Positions 20,901 through 29,900 of a DNA stretch of 64,000 bases are shown here, in pieces. Below the pieces are notes generated by a model that was not told the origin of the DNA, searched no databases, and saw only the letters and a program-made list of their open reading frames with translations. The stretch is from positions 8,659 through 72,658 of the forward strand of contig JAIPBW010000001.1 in assembly GCA_021738505.1 (NCBI GenBank), read 5' to 3'. The number at the start of each line of letters is the position of its first letter. The first letter of the stretch is position 1. A program made the position numbers and the translations under genes. Source of the stretch: Bacteroidales bacterium (lineage in GTDB: Bacteria > Bacteroidota > Bacteroidia > Bacteroidales > PWNQ01).

Positions 20901-23900
20901 TGCAGAGCCCGGCGAAACAGTGAATGTTATACTTGGATCATCAGCGCAAAAGGCAAATATTTATTTCTCTTACGGCTTGAACGGTAAAATATTGGATAAA
21001 AGAAAACTTACGGTGTCGGGAGAAAAGGAAAAAATCAGTATTCCTGTAAAAGAAGCATGGCGGGGTGGATTTTTTGTTTATGTGATGATGAACAAAGAGG
21101 GCAGCCTTTACCATAAAAGGTACAAAGTGAATGTGCCTTTTTCTAATAAAAAGCTGGAAACACAATTGGTAACTTTCCGTGATAAATTAAAACCGGGATC
21201 CGAAGAGGAATGGAAAATAAAACTGAAAGGTCCTGAAGGCGAAAAGGTGGCAGCAGAAATGCTGGCTTCTATGTATGATGCCTCACTGGATCAATTCATG
21301 CCGCATCAATGGAGCTTTAATTACCTGTCGGGGAATTATTCCGGAATAACAATATTTTCTTCAAACCGAAGGTCTGTTCAAAATGCTTCTTATTTGGTTT
21401 ATCACAGGAAAGATATACGTAAACCCAAAGATCTATCCAGAGAATATTTGATTTGGGAAATGTCAAAAATGTATTCTTTTGACCGGTTTAGAGGAAGTAG
21501 AGCAAATGCGCAAGAAGTCCAGATGGTTAAGGATGATGTTGCGGTTACTTACAAGCAACCGTTAATAAGTAAAGATGAGACAGGTAAAGTTACTGATTCA
21601 GCAGAAGAACAATCAAAAGAGCAGGATTCACAACTGGTTGATGTCCGTAGCGATTTTTCCGAAACTGCATTTTTCTACCCTGGTTTGACAACAAATGAAA
21701 ATGGTGAAATCTTGCTTTCCTTTACCATGCCGGAGTCGGTTACCCGGTGGAACTTCATGACCATGTCTCACACAAAAGACCTCAAATATGATTTGATGAG
21801 AAAAAGTGTTCAGACACAGAAAGAGCTTATGGTGATGCCCAACATGCCACGTTTTTTAAGAGAATCGGATACAATTTCGGTCAGCTCAAAAATCAGTAAT
21901 CTTACAGATGATACATTAAGCGGCAACGCTGAACTAGCTTTATTTAATCCTGAGAACATGCAGGAAATCTCCGGAGAATTTCAGATTGAAAATAAGCAAC
22001 AAACATTTGAAATAGGAGATAACGGAAACGGAAGTGTAGATTGGACTCTGGTAGTTCCGGAGGGATACAGTGCGGTGACCTGGAGGGTTACAGCAGAAAC
22101 CAAAAACCACTCGGACGGGGAAGAAGCTCTTTTGCCGGTTCTAACGAACAGAAAATTAGTAACCGAGTCTATGCCAATGTCTGTAAGATCCAATAAAACC
22201 AAAAATTATGATTTTGATAAGCTACTTGCCTCAGGGGCATCAAATACGTTGAAGCATCACAGCTATACACTTGAAGTAACACAAAATCCAGCCTGGTATG
22301 CCGTACAGGCGTTGCCTTATCTGGCTGAATTTCCTCATGAATGTTCAGAGCAGATCTTCAGCAGGTATTATGCCAATAGTCTGGCCTCCACAATTGCCAA
22401 TTCCAGTCCTAAAATTAAGCAGGTCTTTGATACATGGCAAAATATCGAACCGGATGCCCTGATGAGTAAACTTGAAAAAAATGAAGAGCTGAAATCGGTC
22501 ATTTTAAGTGAGACACCTTGGGTGATGGATGCAAAAAATGAACAGGAACAAAAGCGCCGGATTGCCATGTTGTTTGATATGAATACAATGAGCAATAAAA
22601 AGGCGAAGGCTCTGGAAAAGCTCGAAAATCAGCAGCTAAAGAGCGGTGGCTGGCCATGGTTCGGAGGAGACTACCCTAATCGATACATTACACAACATAT
22701 TGTTGCCGGCATGGGTCATTTGGGTGCGCTGAATGTGGCAGATATTAAAAAAGATAAACGCCTGCGCAAAATGTTGAAAAAGGCAATTGATTACATGGAT
22801 AATGAAATCCGGGAGGACTTTAATCGTCTGAAAGAAAATGGAGCTACACTCGATGAAAATAACCTGAGTAAAATCCATGTACATTACTTATATGCCCGTT
22901 CATTTTTTATGAAACAGTTTCCACTGGAACCACAAGATACAAAGTCATACCAATATTATTATGGACAGGCCCAACAATACTGGCTAAAACAAAACCTGTA
23001 TTTACAGGGAATGATTGCTCTTGCCAATAATCGAAATAACGATAAAAAGCAGGCAGTGAACATCATGGAATCCATTAAAGATAAAGCATTGTATGATGAA
23101 GAAATGGGAATGTACTGGCGGAAAAACAACGGGTATTATTGGTCACAGGCACCGGTAGAACGTCAGGCTTTATTAATTGAGGCTTTTGATGAGGTCTTGC
23201 AGGATAAGCAAAGCGTTGAAGAGATGAAGCTGTGGCTTTTAAAACAAAAACAAACCCAAAACTGGAAGACAACCAAAGCTACAGCGGATGCAGTTTATGC
23301 TTTGTTGTTGAGAGGTACGGATTTGTTAACCACAGGAAACTCTGTGCAAATCACAATAGGTGATAAAACGATAGACCCTGAAACGGATTCTTCAATTGAT
23401 ACCGAAGCCGGTACCGGCTATTTCAAGAAAACATGGACAGAGGTAGCACCGGAAATGGGTAAGGTGAAATTTGATAATCAGGGAAAAAATGTGGCCTGGG
23501 GAGCTGTTTACTGGCAATATTTTGAGCAGCTGGATAAAATTTCCGGTCACGATACTCCTTTGAGCCTGAGTAAAGAGTTGTACAAAGAAGTGAAAACGGA
23601 AACCGGCCGTAAGCTTGAAAAAATAGATAAGCAAACGGATCTGAGTCCCGGCGATCGGATTAAAGTGCGCGTAGTTCTAAGCACAGACCGTGATATGGAA
23701 TATGTCCACCTGAAAGACATGCGTGCTTCAGGGCTCGAACCGGTAAATGTATTGTCGCAAATGAAATACCGGGAAGGGATAAGATATTATGAAAGCACTA
23801 AAGATGCGGCTACTCATTTTTTCTTTGATTGGTTGCCGAAAGGAAAATATGTTTTCGAGTATCCACTTTATGTCGCGCAAAAGGGGAACTTTAGTAATGG

Positions 23901-23976
23901 CATTACTACAGTTCAATGTATGTATGCCCCCGAATTTTCAGCTCATTCCAAAGGGATCCGCTTGGACATTCGGTAA
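17923..23976 (+). CDS. Alpha-2-macroglobulin family protein (~2017 aa) with a candidate thioester motif
   Basis: Very large secreted protein with an N-terminal helical-repeat region and MG-like beta domains. LPYLAEFPHECSEQIFSRYYAN contains a CxEQ thioester-type motif (CSEQ at nt 22342-22353). Type I signal peptide with no lipobox Cys. Start taken at ATG 17923. Confidence 0.85.
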   Translation: MYLRKLMVVVAVLVLSVTATFTFAEFSNSTVQEKTYEQIWNKVEKLSKEGKPKSALKFVGQVKEKALQEENQPQFLKSVFYELQLKQKFMEAPVKEAVEVVRNSFEQTNDKISHAFLHSLLADTYRSYQNRYAYKIRDRTQLMNDTSQDIEQWTNQKLSKEIIDEYQSSLEHEDVLNKTPIEDFKIIIRDSEYQKDYLNTVYDLLASSALDYYTNQDNDLVEAGTALELKDNRYFKITEVFLDISIPQRTNDFAALTLNLYQKLFKFHKDDQSPFLKVMFDLERLQYLKENSKRKDAGELYRFALENLVEQNQNHKVSARVQYKLAEYWNEQGEKYDPQKGKEHKMDKVKAVNYCKKAIEAFPDSYGAKKCKSLKSSLEEKDFSISQENAVIPEEPSIAKVDYRNSPQVFFRIYKLNPDNYPKWNYNRDPNERLKRIKDSELITEWMHELPDDGDLQTHSIEAKIPAMDKGYYMLLASSDKQFNKESTLIKYSGFYATNLQVHVRSLGNNTLEGYVLNRKTGKAIKDAQLDFFKYNYDYHRNNSDKSLIKSLTSGKDGSFQLNAPEDNYNRYALEVKKGEDFFVLPGALYQRRLHKPSKESENINIQLFTDRSIYRPGQIVHFKGLVLNAKGKDSKIKTNYKTTISLFDANNEVVKEKSLTTNEYGSFNGSFVLPSSGLTGRFRLRTSHGSQTIRVEEYKRPRFEVKLQKVDQEFRLGDEVIMRGEAKAYAGSKITNARVSYEVVRKPRYIPWGYTFGYYRPPSSGKSVTIKTGVLETDKNGEFDVKFTAIPGEKAGDRFNSVFRYEVTADVTDINGETRSDSRTVSAGEKALHLDVKIPEKVDQSELMKYKISTTNLDGSEIPAEGTLKIERLQQPERLLKRRAWDRPDKFLFDKQEFTDNFPHEQYKSELDKRKWNPEKEVFQCNFNTAKSDTLTMNCAADWKEGVYKLTMISEDTFGEKVEMEKFFTLYNPETNVMPEKTFFWTEIDKSTAEPGETVNVILGSSAQKANIYFSYGLNGKILDKRKLTVSGEKEKISIPVKEAWRGGFFVYVMMNKEGSLYHKRYKVNVPFSNKKLETQLVTFRDKLKPGSEEEWKIKLKGPEGEKVAAEMLASMYDASLDQFMPHQWSFNYLSGNYSGITIFSSNRRSVQNASYLVYHRKDIRKPKDLSREYLIWEMSKMYSFDRFRGSRANAQEVQMVKDDVAVTYKQPLISKDETGKVTDSAEEQSKEQDSQLVDVRSDFSETAFFYPGLTTNENGEILLSFTMPESVTRWNFMTMSHTKDLKYDLMRKSVQTQKELMVMPNMPRFLRESDTISVSSKISNLTDDTLSGNAELALFNPENMQEISGEFQIENKQQTFEIGDNGNGSVDWTLVVPEGYSAVTWRVTAETKNHSDGEEALLPVLTNRKLVTESMPMSVRSNKTKNYDFDKLLASGASNTLKHHSYTLEVTQNPAWYAVQALPYLAEFPHECSEQIFSRYYANSLASTIANSSPKIKQVFDTWQNIEPDALMSKLEKNEELKSVILSETPWVMDAKNEQEQKRRIAMLFDMNTMSNKKAKALEKLENQQLKSGGWPWFGGDYPNRYITQHIVAGMGHLGALNVADIKKDKRLRKMLKKAIDYMDNEIREDFNRLKENGATLDENNLSKIHVHYLYARSFFMKQFPLEPQDTKSYQYYYGQAQQYWLKQNLYLQGMIALANNRNNDKKQAVNIMESIKDKALYDEEMGMYWRKNNGYYWSQAPVERQALLIEAFDEVLQDKQSVEEMKLWLLKQKQTQNWKTTKATADAVYALLLRGTDLLTTGNSVQITIGDKTIDPETDSSIDTEAGTGYFKKTWTEVAPEMGKVKFDNQGKNVAWGAVYWQYFEQLDKISGHDTPLSLSKELYKEVKTETGRKLEKIDKQTDLSPGDRIKVRVVLSTDRDMEYVHLKDMRASGLEPVNVLSQMKYREGIRYYESTKDAATHFFFDWLPKGKYVFEYPLYVAQKGNFSNGITTVQCMYAPEFSAHSKGIRLDIR

Positions 23977-24070
23977 TTTTTAGTGCGTTCAAATGGGCTT
24001 GTATCCATATATTACGAAGAACATATTCTCCGTTGAATTGTGTAATTTAGCAGAATATTAAAAAATCTTT

Positions 24071-25165
24071 ATGGCGACTTATCGACGTTGGCTTTTTGTT
24101 TTACCTGTATTACTATTGATAGGCTTCATAGCCTGGTATTTTTCCCATATTGTAGCCTATATTCTTATTGCTGCTGTGGTTTCTTTTATCGGTCATCCTC
24201 TGGCAAACTTAATTGACCGAATTCAAATCGGAAAATATAAAATGCCTCATTTTCTAAGTGCATTTATTACTCTGATTATTATAGTTGGAGTTGTGGCCGC
24301 TTTCTTCTCTGTTTTTGTTCCGGTTTTGGTGAGTCAGGCCCGAAATTTTGCAGAAATTGATGTAACCGAATTGTTGGCAAGTTTAAATGAACCCTTGATG
24401 CAATTTCAACAGTGGGCTTTAGAAAAAGGGTTTATAGATGAGGGAGAATCCATTCAACAGATGATTAGTGCCCAACTATCTTCTTTTTGGAGCTATACAA
24501 ATTTGGCCGATGCGTTTAATCATTTACTCGGGATAACCGGTTCTCTTATTGTCGGTATATTCTCTGTCTTATTTATAAGTTTCTTTTTTATTAAAGACAA
24601 ATATTTGTTTACTAATGCTATTCTATTATTGGTGCCCGATAAGTATCACGAAAAAACCAAAAAAATTATTGTAGACACACGTCATTTGCTAAGCCGGTAT
24701 TTTATCGGAGTTTTGGGAGAAGTGATTTCCATGATGGCTTTAATTACCGTTGGCGGTACGATTGTAGGCGTAAAAAATGCATTCCTGATTGGTTTTATCG
24801 GAGGACTGATGAATATAATTCCATATATCGGGCCTGTTATTGGTGCGTCCATAGGAGTGCTTTTTGTAGCATCGGGAAATCTGGATGCAAGCTTTTATGA
24901 TGTCACATTTCCTATGATGATCTCCATTGTGGTGGTTTTTGCCATCAGTAATCTGATTGATAACATCCTTCTGCATCCGTTGATATATGCTACCAGTGTA
25001 AAGTCACACCCGGTAGAAATATTCCTTGTTTTACTAATTGCCGGATCTGTGGCCGGCATGCTTGGGATGATTCTGGCTATTCCGACGTATACTTTCTTTC
25101 GCGTAATTGCAAAACAATTTTTCAGTAACCTGAAGGTTGTTCAGAAAATCACAGAACGAATATGA
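24071..25165 (+). CDS. AI-2E family (PerM/UPF0118) transporter
   Basis: 364 aa with ~8 TM helices and the conserved ...IPYIGPVIGA... region typical of AI-2E permeases. Confidence 0.85.
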   Translation: MATYRRWLFVLPVLLLIGFIAWYFSHIVAYILIAAVVSFIGHPLANLIDRIQIGKYKMPHFLSAFITLIIIVGVVAAFFSVFVPVLVSQARNFAEIDVTELLASLNEPLMQFQQWALEKGFIDEGESIQQMISAQLSSFWSYTNLADAFNHLLGITGSLIVGIFSVLFISFFFIKDKYLFTNAILLLVPDKYHEKTKKIIVDTRHLLSRYFIGVLGEVISMMALITVGGTIVGVKNAFLIGFIGGLMNIIPYIGPVIGASIGVLFVASGNLDASFYDVTFPMMISIVVVFAISNLIDNILLHPLIYATSVKSHPVEIFLVLLIAGSVAGMLGMILAIPTYTFFRVIAKQFFSNLKVVQKITERI

Positions 25166-26181
25166 TGATTCCGCCAAAATGGAGAGAAGCTTACTATTTA
25201 TCCGGAACGATAACATTACAACGCCTCTGGAACTGGATAAAACAGGAAATCAGTTACCCGCTAAGTAATTGGACTAAAGAACCCCTTCTTTGGTCATATC
25301 CTTCATCTTTTTCATTAGAGCCCACTAATTACTGCAATTTGAATTGTCCGGAATGCCCGGCCGGAGCGCTGGAGATGAAACGTGATAAAGGATTTATCAG
25401 CCCTCAGGTTTATGTTCCTGTAATTGACCAGCTTGCTGAGCATGCCATGTATTTGATTTTATACTTCCAGGGAGAACCATTTCTGCACCCGCAAATTTTT
25501 GATATTATTCAATATGCACGAAGCAAAAAACTTTATGTGATGATCTCAACAAATGGTCATTATTTGGATAAAGAAAAATCTCATCAATTGGTTAATTCGG
25601 GGTTGCACAAACTGATTGTTTCATTGGATGGCGCAGATCAGGAAGCTTATGAAGCTTACCGAAAGGGAGGAGATATAAATAAAGTGGTGCAGGGAATAGA
25701 AAATGTTGTTGAAGCAAAAAAACAATTGAACAGCAGAAAACCTCTAATTGAACTCCAGTTTTTAGTGCTTAAAACCAATGAGCATCAAATGGAAGAGGTC
25801 AAAAGGCTTAGCAAAAAGTTGAATGTTGACCGATTGGCATTAAAAACAGCCCAGATTTATAATTTTAAGAATGGAAGTCCGTATATACCGGAAACCGATA
25901 AATATTCACGATATCAAAAAAATGACAGTGGGGAATATGAAATAAAAATGCAAATGAAAAACCGCTGTTATCGGATGTGGAGTGGCTGTGTGGTTACCTT
26001 TGATGGTTATATAGTTCCTTGTTGTTTTGATAAAGACGCTTCTTATGCGATGGGTAATATCCGGGACCGTTCATTTAAAGATATTTGGAAAGATGAGAAC
26101 TATCGCAGCTTCCGAAAACAAATTCTCACAAATCGCAAGGGCATTGACATGTGCCGGAACTGTACAGAGGGATTAAAATAA
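25162..26181 (+). CDS. Radical SAM enzyme with C-terminal SPASM/twitch-like Cys cluster
   Basis: CNLNCPEC (CxxxCxxC) radical SAM cluster motif. C-terminal CYRMWSGC...PCCFD...GNIRDRSFKDIW...CRNC. The ATG overlaps the upstream stop (ATGA). Confidence 0.85.
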   Translation: MMIPPKWREAYYLSGTITLQRLWNWIKQEISYPLSNWTKEPLLWSYPSSFSLEPTNYCNLNCPECPAGALEMKRDKGFISPQVYVPVIDQLAEHAMYLILYFQGEPFLHPQIFDIIQYARSKKLYVMISTNGHYLDKEKSHQLVNSGLHKLIVSLDGADQEAYEAYRKGGDINKVVQGIENVVEAKKQLNSRKPLIELQFLVLKTNEHQMEEVKRLSKKLNVDRLALKTAQIYNFKNGSPYIPETDKYSRYQKNDSGEYEIKMQMKNRCYRMWSGCVVTFDGYIVPCCFDKDASYAMGNIRDRSFKDIWKDENYRSFRKQILTNRKGIDMCRNCTEGLK

Positions 26182-26185
26182 AGCC

Positions 26186-26217
26186 AAAAAAATGATGGCA
26201 AGCCCTCGCTTGCCATC
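26186..26217 (-). terminator. Intrinsic terminator downstream of frr
   Basis: GATGGCAAGC-CCTC-GCTTGCCATC is a perfect 10-bp stem. On the minus strand it is followed by ATTTTTTT. Confidence 0.65.
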
Positions 26218-26281
26218 AACCCTAAACCTAAAAATAAATAGTTATGAGCGTCTCATTATTCTGATCACCCAAAACATTATG

Positions 26282-26845
26282 TTAGACTGTCATTATATCG
26301 TTTTCTTTTGCCTCGAGATATTCATCAGCTTTTTCTGTGTATTTATCTGTTAGCTTTTGGATTTCATTTTCCAGGCGATTGGTTTCATCTTCAGCTAGTC
26401 CATCTTTTTCTAATTTTTTAGCTGCATCATTGGCCGATTTGCGGATATTACGAATGCTGATTTTTGCATTTTCCGTAACTTCCTTGGCTTTCTTTACAAG
26501 GTCTTTACGCCTTTCTTCAGTTAAAGCCGGAACCGTAATGCGTATCAATGTACCGTCATTTTGAGGATTAAAACCTAAATTAGCTGACATGATCGCTTTC
26601 TCAATGTCTTTCATGGTGTTTTTATCCCATGGTTGAACCAAGATAGTACGTGGATCGGGAGTGCTAATGCTTGAGAGCTGATTTAAAGGCAGTAATGTGC
26701 CATAGCTTTCAACTTTTACACCATCCAACATACTGGGATTGGCTTTCCCTGCACGTATTTGAAGTAGTTCACGCTCAAGGTGTTTGATGGCGCTTTCCAT
26801 CTGTTGCTTTGTGTCTTTATAAACTGATTCGGCTTCCTCGTTCAT
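26282..26845 (-). CDS. frr: Ribosome recycling factor
   Basis: 187 aa. ...LQIRAGKANPSMLDGVKVESYG...LTEERRKDLVK... is typical Frr. Confidence 0.95.
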   Translation of the reverse strand: MNEEAESVYKDTKQQMESAIKHLERELLQIRAGKANPSMLDGVKVESYGTLLPLNQLSSISTPDPRTILVQPWDKNTMKDIEKAIMSANLGFNPQNDGTLIRITVPALTEERRKDLVKKAKEVTENAKISIRNIRKSANDAAKKLEKDGLAEDETNRLENEIQKLTDKYTEKADEYLEAKENDIMTV

Positions 26846-26870
26846 AACTGGTTAATTTTTCTCTTATCCA

Positions 26871-26878
26871 CAAAAATA
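26871..26878 (-). promoter_or_regulatory. Candidate -7 promoter box (TATTTTTG) for frr
   Basis: TAnnTTTG match on the minus strand, 25 nt upstream of ATG 26845. Confidence 0.35.
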
Positions 26879-27071
26879 ATAATTTAACTTAGAAATGCAA
26901 TAAAAAATCATTTAAATGATACGAAGTAGATCAAATTTAGTTGCTGTTTTATGAAGATTATTTCGGGTAGTATTGGATAACCTAAGCTGAGACGCTGGAT
27001 TTTTTCTTGGATCAAAAAAAATAATTATTATCCGGTGATTGTTTTTATTTTTACAAAAAAAATGGTGTATT

Positions 27072-27788
27072 ATGCGTAATTATCAAAAGCTAATAATGAT
27101 TGGTGTGACAATCTTGTTTTTTTCTTCCTGCGAGATATTAAAGGATTTTGAACCACCTGTTAGTCCGGAGCCGGATCCTTTAAGTGAAGCAGAAGTGGCC
27201 GATGGACTAAAACAAGCTCTGCAGGTTGGAACAAAAAATGCTGTTGAGCAATTAGAAAAGAAGAATGCTCTTTATAAAAATTCTCAATTGCGAATACCCT
27301 TTCCTGAAGAAGCTAAAATCGTGGAAAATAAACTTCGGCAAGTAGGATTGGGTGATCAGGTTGATAAATTTGTCAAAAAGATGAACCATGGAGCTGAGGC
27401 GGCCATGGCAAAAGCCCAACCCGTGTTTGTGGATGCAATAAAGGAAATGACAATAAAAGATGCATGGAACATTCTGAAAGGACCTGATAGTGCAGCAACA
27501 AAATATTTCTATGAAAAAACACATGATGAGCTTTATCAGTTATTTAAACCGGAGATAAAAGAAACGCTGAATGAGATGCAGGTCACAAAGCTTTGGTCTG
27601 ATGTAATGACTGCCTATAACAAACTTCCGATTCAACAAGAAGAAGTTAATACGGATTTACCGGATTATGTAACCCAAAAGGCTATGGATCGGTTATTTGA
27701 CCAGATTGCTGCCGAAGAGCTAAAAATTCGCGAAAACCCCGTTGCACGTGTTACTGATTTATTGAAGAAAGTCTTCAGCCGTCAATAA
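27072..27788 (+). CDS. DUF4197-like lipoprotein
   Basis: Lipobox (FFSSC), then GLKQALQVGTKNAVEQL..., which resembles the DUF4197 N-terminal motif (recalled). Start taken at ATG 27072. Confidence 0.55.
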   Translation: MRNYQKLIMIGVTILFFSSCEILKDFEPPVSPEPDPLSEAEVADGLKQALQVGTKNAVEQLEKKNALYKNSQLRIPFPEEAKIVENKLRQVGLGDQVDKFVKKMNHGAEAAMAKAQPVFVDAIKEMTIKDAWNILKGPDSAATKYFYEKTHDELYQLFKPEIKETLNEMQVTKLWSDVMTAYNKLPIQQEEVNTDLPDYVTQKAMDRLFDQIAAEELKIRENPVARVTDLLKKVFSRQ

Positions 27789-28755
27789 TACTCTGTTTTT
27801 TCAACCAGTGAATTGTATCTTGTATCGCCTGATCTGTAGATTTTAATTTATCAGGCAAATAAGGTTTCGCCTTGGCATTGGTGTAGTAGTTTTGGACACA
27901 TAATATGCGCATGTTCGTTAACGAGAATTCCGTTTTGATACCAAAGGTTCTCAACAAACTACCAGCAAAACCGGCTAAAAGCAACATGGCTCCGGGGACT
28001 TTTATCAGTTTTGTTTCTTGCTGATTGTAATGGATGATTTTCTGGAAAAAATCACGATACGAAAGATTTTCATTGCATAATAAATAAGCTTCGCCGGAAG
28101 CTGCTTTTTCTGTAATGTTAACCGTGGCTTTTGCTGCATCTGAAACATGGATAAAGTTTTTTCCGCCGGGCGGATAAAACAAGAACCGTTTATTGAGCCC
28201 CCACAAAACAATTTTATCAGAGCCGTTTCCTGTCCCGTAAGCCCCGAGCATAAATGTTGGATTGACTATGTTTACGGGAATTTCTTCAGATGCATTTAAG
28301 ATAATTTTCTGAGCAGATGTTTTGCTTTGGGCATAAAAGGACTTTGTAAAAGGAAACAGAGAAGGTGCTTTTTCACTTCCCGGATTGGTAATAGTTCCAT
28401 AACCAAAAGCATTAGCCGTGCTCACATAAACGAATTTTTTTATTTCATTTTTTTTGGCTGCCTCTAAAATAGTTTTTGTCCCTTCAATATTGATTTTCCT
28501 GTACTTTTTGAAATCTCTTATGTCCTGGCTTGTTAATGCTGCAGCATGTATTACGTAATCACAACTTTTAATAGCCTCTGAAATATCATAAGCATTGGTA
28601 AACTTTCCTTCAAAAAGAGTTAATCCTTTCCTGGGGGAAATTTTCATTTTTTCCTTATGGCGGACTATCGCATTCACTTCATATCCGCGGGTCAATAACT
28701 CAAGGGTTATATGCGTGCCAAGAAGGCCATTTGCGCCGGTTACTAATACCTTCAT
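27775..28755 (-). CDS. NAD-dependent epimerase/dehydratase family (extended SDR) protein
   Basis: MKVLVTGANGLLG Rossmann motif and YAQSK (YxxxK). Confidence 0.85.
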   Translation of the reverse strand: MKVLVTGANGLLGTHITLELLTRGYEVNAIVRHKEKMKISPRKGLTLFEGKFTNAYDISEAIKSCDYVIHAAALTSQDIRDFKKYRKINIEGTKTILEAAKKNEIKKFVYVSTANAFGYGTITNPGSEKAPSLFPFTKSFYAQSKTSAQKIILNASEEIPVNIVNPTFMLGAYGTGNGSDKIVLWGLNKRFLFYPPGGKNFIHVSDAAKATVNITEKAASGEAYLLCNENLSYRDFFQKIIHYNQQETKLIKVPGAMLLLAGFAGSLLRTFGIKTEFSLTNMRILCVQNYYTNAKAKPYLPDKLKSTDQAIQDTIHWLKKQSIIDG

Positions 28756-29558
28756 CAGCGATTGATTTCTCTTTTGGTTATTTTTGTTATTAAGGGCAAA
28801 CGTATTTCTATGGGTACAATTTTCATTAATATACGACGAAAACTATTTGTTTTGTTTAACAAGATGACCTTGGAGCGTTTAAAAAGTTTGCGGAGACTTA
28901 TTTCTGCTACCTCTTCGGCTGATAAAATCCCAATGCGGGCAAAAAACCCTTGTTTGTTAATTCTTTGTGTTATATCCTCATTGGTTTTCATGGGGCCGGG
29001 ATTAACAACACTTGCGAACACATTTGTTTCAGAAAGCTCCTGGCACAATCCGCGGGTGAAATAGTTGATAAAAACTTTGGATGCCGGGTAAACTGTTTTA
29101 TAGCCGGTGGGACTGAAGGCCGATATGCTCGACACATTAAGGATGTAGCCTTCGGGTTGGTTTAAAAGGTTCGGTAAAATCTGATGCGTTAAAATGGATG
29201 TGGCCATTACATTTAACTGAATAATTGAATTAATATAGTCTACCCTGGCCTTGACAAATTCTTTTGTACCCCCTAATCCGACATTGTTTATAAGCATGAA
29301 AATATCAAAGTGTTCATTAGCCCAGCTGGCAAATGAGATAATATTGTCTTTGCTACATAAATTGGTTTCGTAATAATGACTTTTTGTATTGTATTGTTTT
29401 TGGATTTCCTGAGTTAAGTTTTTCAAGCCATTGTCAGGCAAATCAATTAAAATAGTATTGATTTTTCTGCGCGAAAGGGCAAGGGCATACTCTTTGCCTA
29501 AGCCATGACTTGCTCCGGTGACTATAGCGTATTGGTTGTCAGTATAATTAGGCTTCAT
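28755..29558 (-). CDS. Classical short-chain dehydrogenase/reductase
   Basis: AIVTGASHGLGKEYA (TGxxxGxG) and YPASK (YxxxK). Its stop overlaps the start of the next gene (TGATG). Confidence 0.85.
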   Translation of the reverse strand: MKPNYTDNQYAIVTGASHGLGKEYALALSRRKINTILIDLPDNGLKNLTQEIQKQYNTKSHYYETNLCSKDNIISFASWANEHFDIFMLINNVGLGGTKEFVKARVDYINSIIQLNVMATSILTHQILPNLLNQPEGYILNVSSISAFSPTGYKTVYPASKVFINYFTRGLCQELSETNVFASVVNPGPMKTNEDITQRINKQGFFARIGILSAEEVAEISLRKLFKRSKVILLNKTNSFRRILMKIVPIEIRLPLITKITKREINR

Positions 29559-29610
29559 GATAGCTTGGACAGCAATTGGTTTGGTTTATCAATTGCGACC
29601 TATTCATTTA

Positions 29611-29618
29611 CAAAAATA
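29611..29618 (-). promoter_or_regulatory. Candidate -7 promoter box (TATTTTTG) for the two-gene SDR operon
   Basis: TAnnTTTG match on the minus strand, 52 nt upstream of ATG 29558. Confidence 0.3.
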
Positions 29619-29900
29619 ACAAATACAATAAATATATCTTATAAATGGCCTTAAAACGAATTCCTTAATTCAAATCTATCCCTATTGCACGATTTCGGAA
29701 TTGCCTTAGTATTTATTAAAATTCCGCCGAAGTTTCAATATTGAATTCTGAGATTGAAAACATCAAAAGCTCTTTCGGATGCCAGATTATATTTAAAGTT
29801 GTAAAAGACTGATGGCTTGGTTATAGTTAGAGTCTGTCAATAAAGTCGAGTGTCTGATAACAGACCGGGTATTTAATAAATAATATCATTTGGCATAAAA

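Noticed and set aside
23993-24061. 22-codon ORF as a bona fide RiPP precursor for the radical SAM/SPASM enzyme
   Set aside because: It has a single Cys, no recognisable leader/core organisation and no ribosome-binding context. AT-rich spacers generate such ORFs by chance. It is kept only as a testable note in the corresponding finding.
27775-27788. 14-nt convergent overlap of the 3' ends of the DUF4197-like gene and the epimerase-family gene
   Set aside because: Short convergent 3' overlaps are common in compact genomes. No hairpin or other signal is associated with it.
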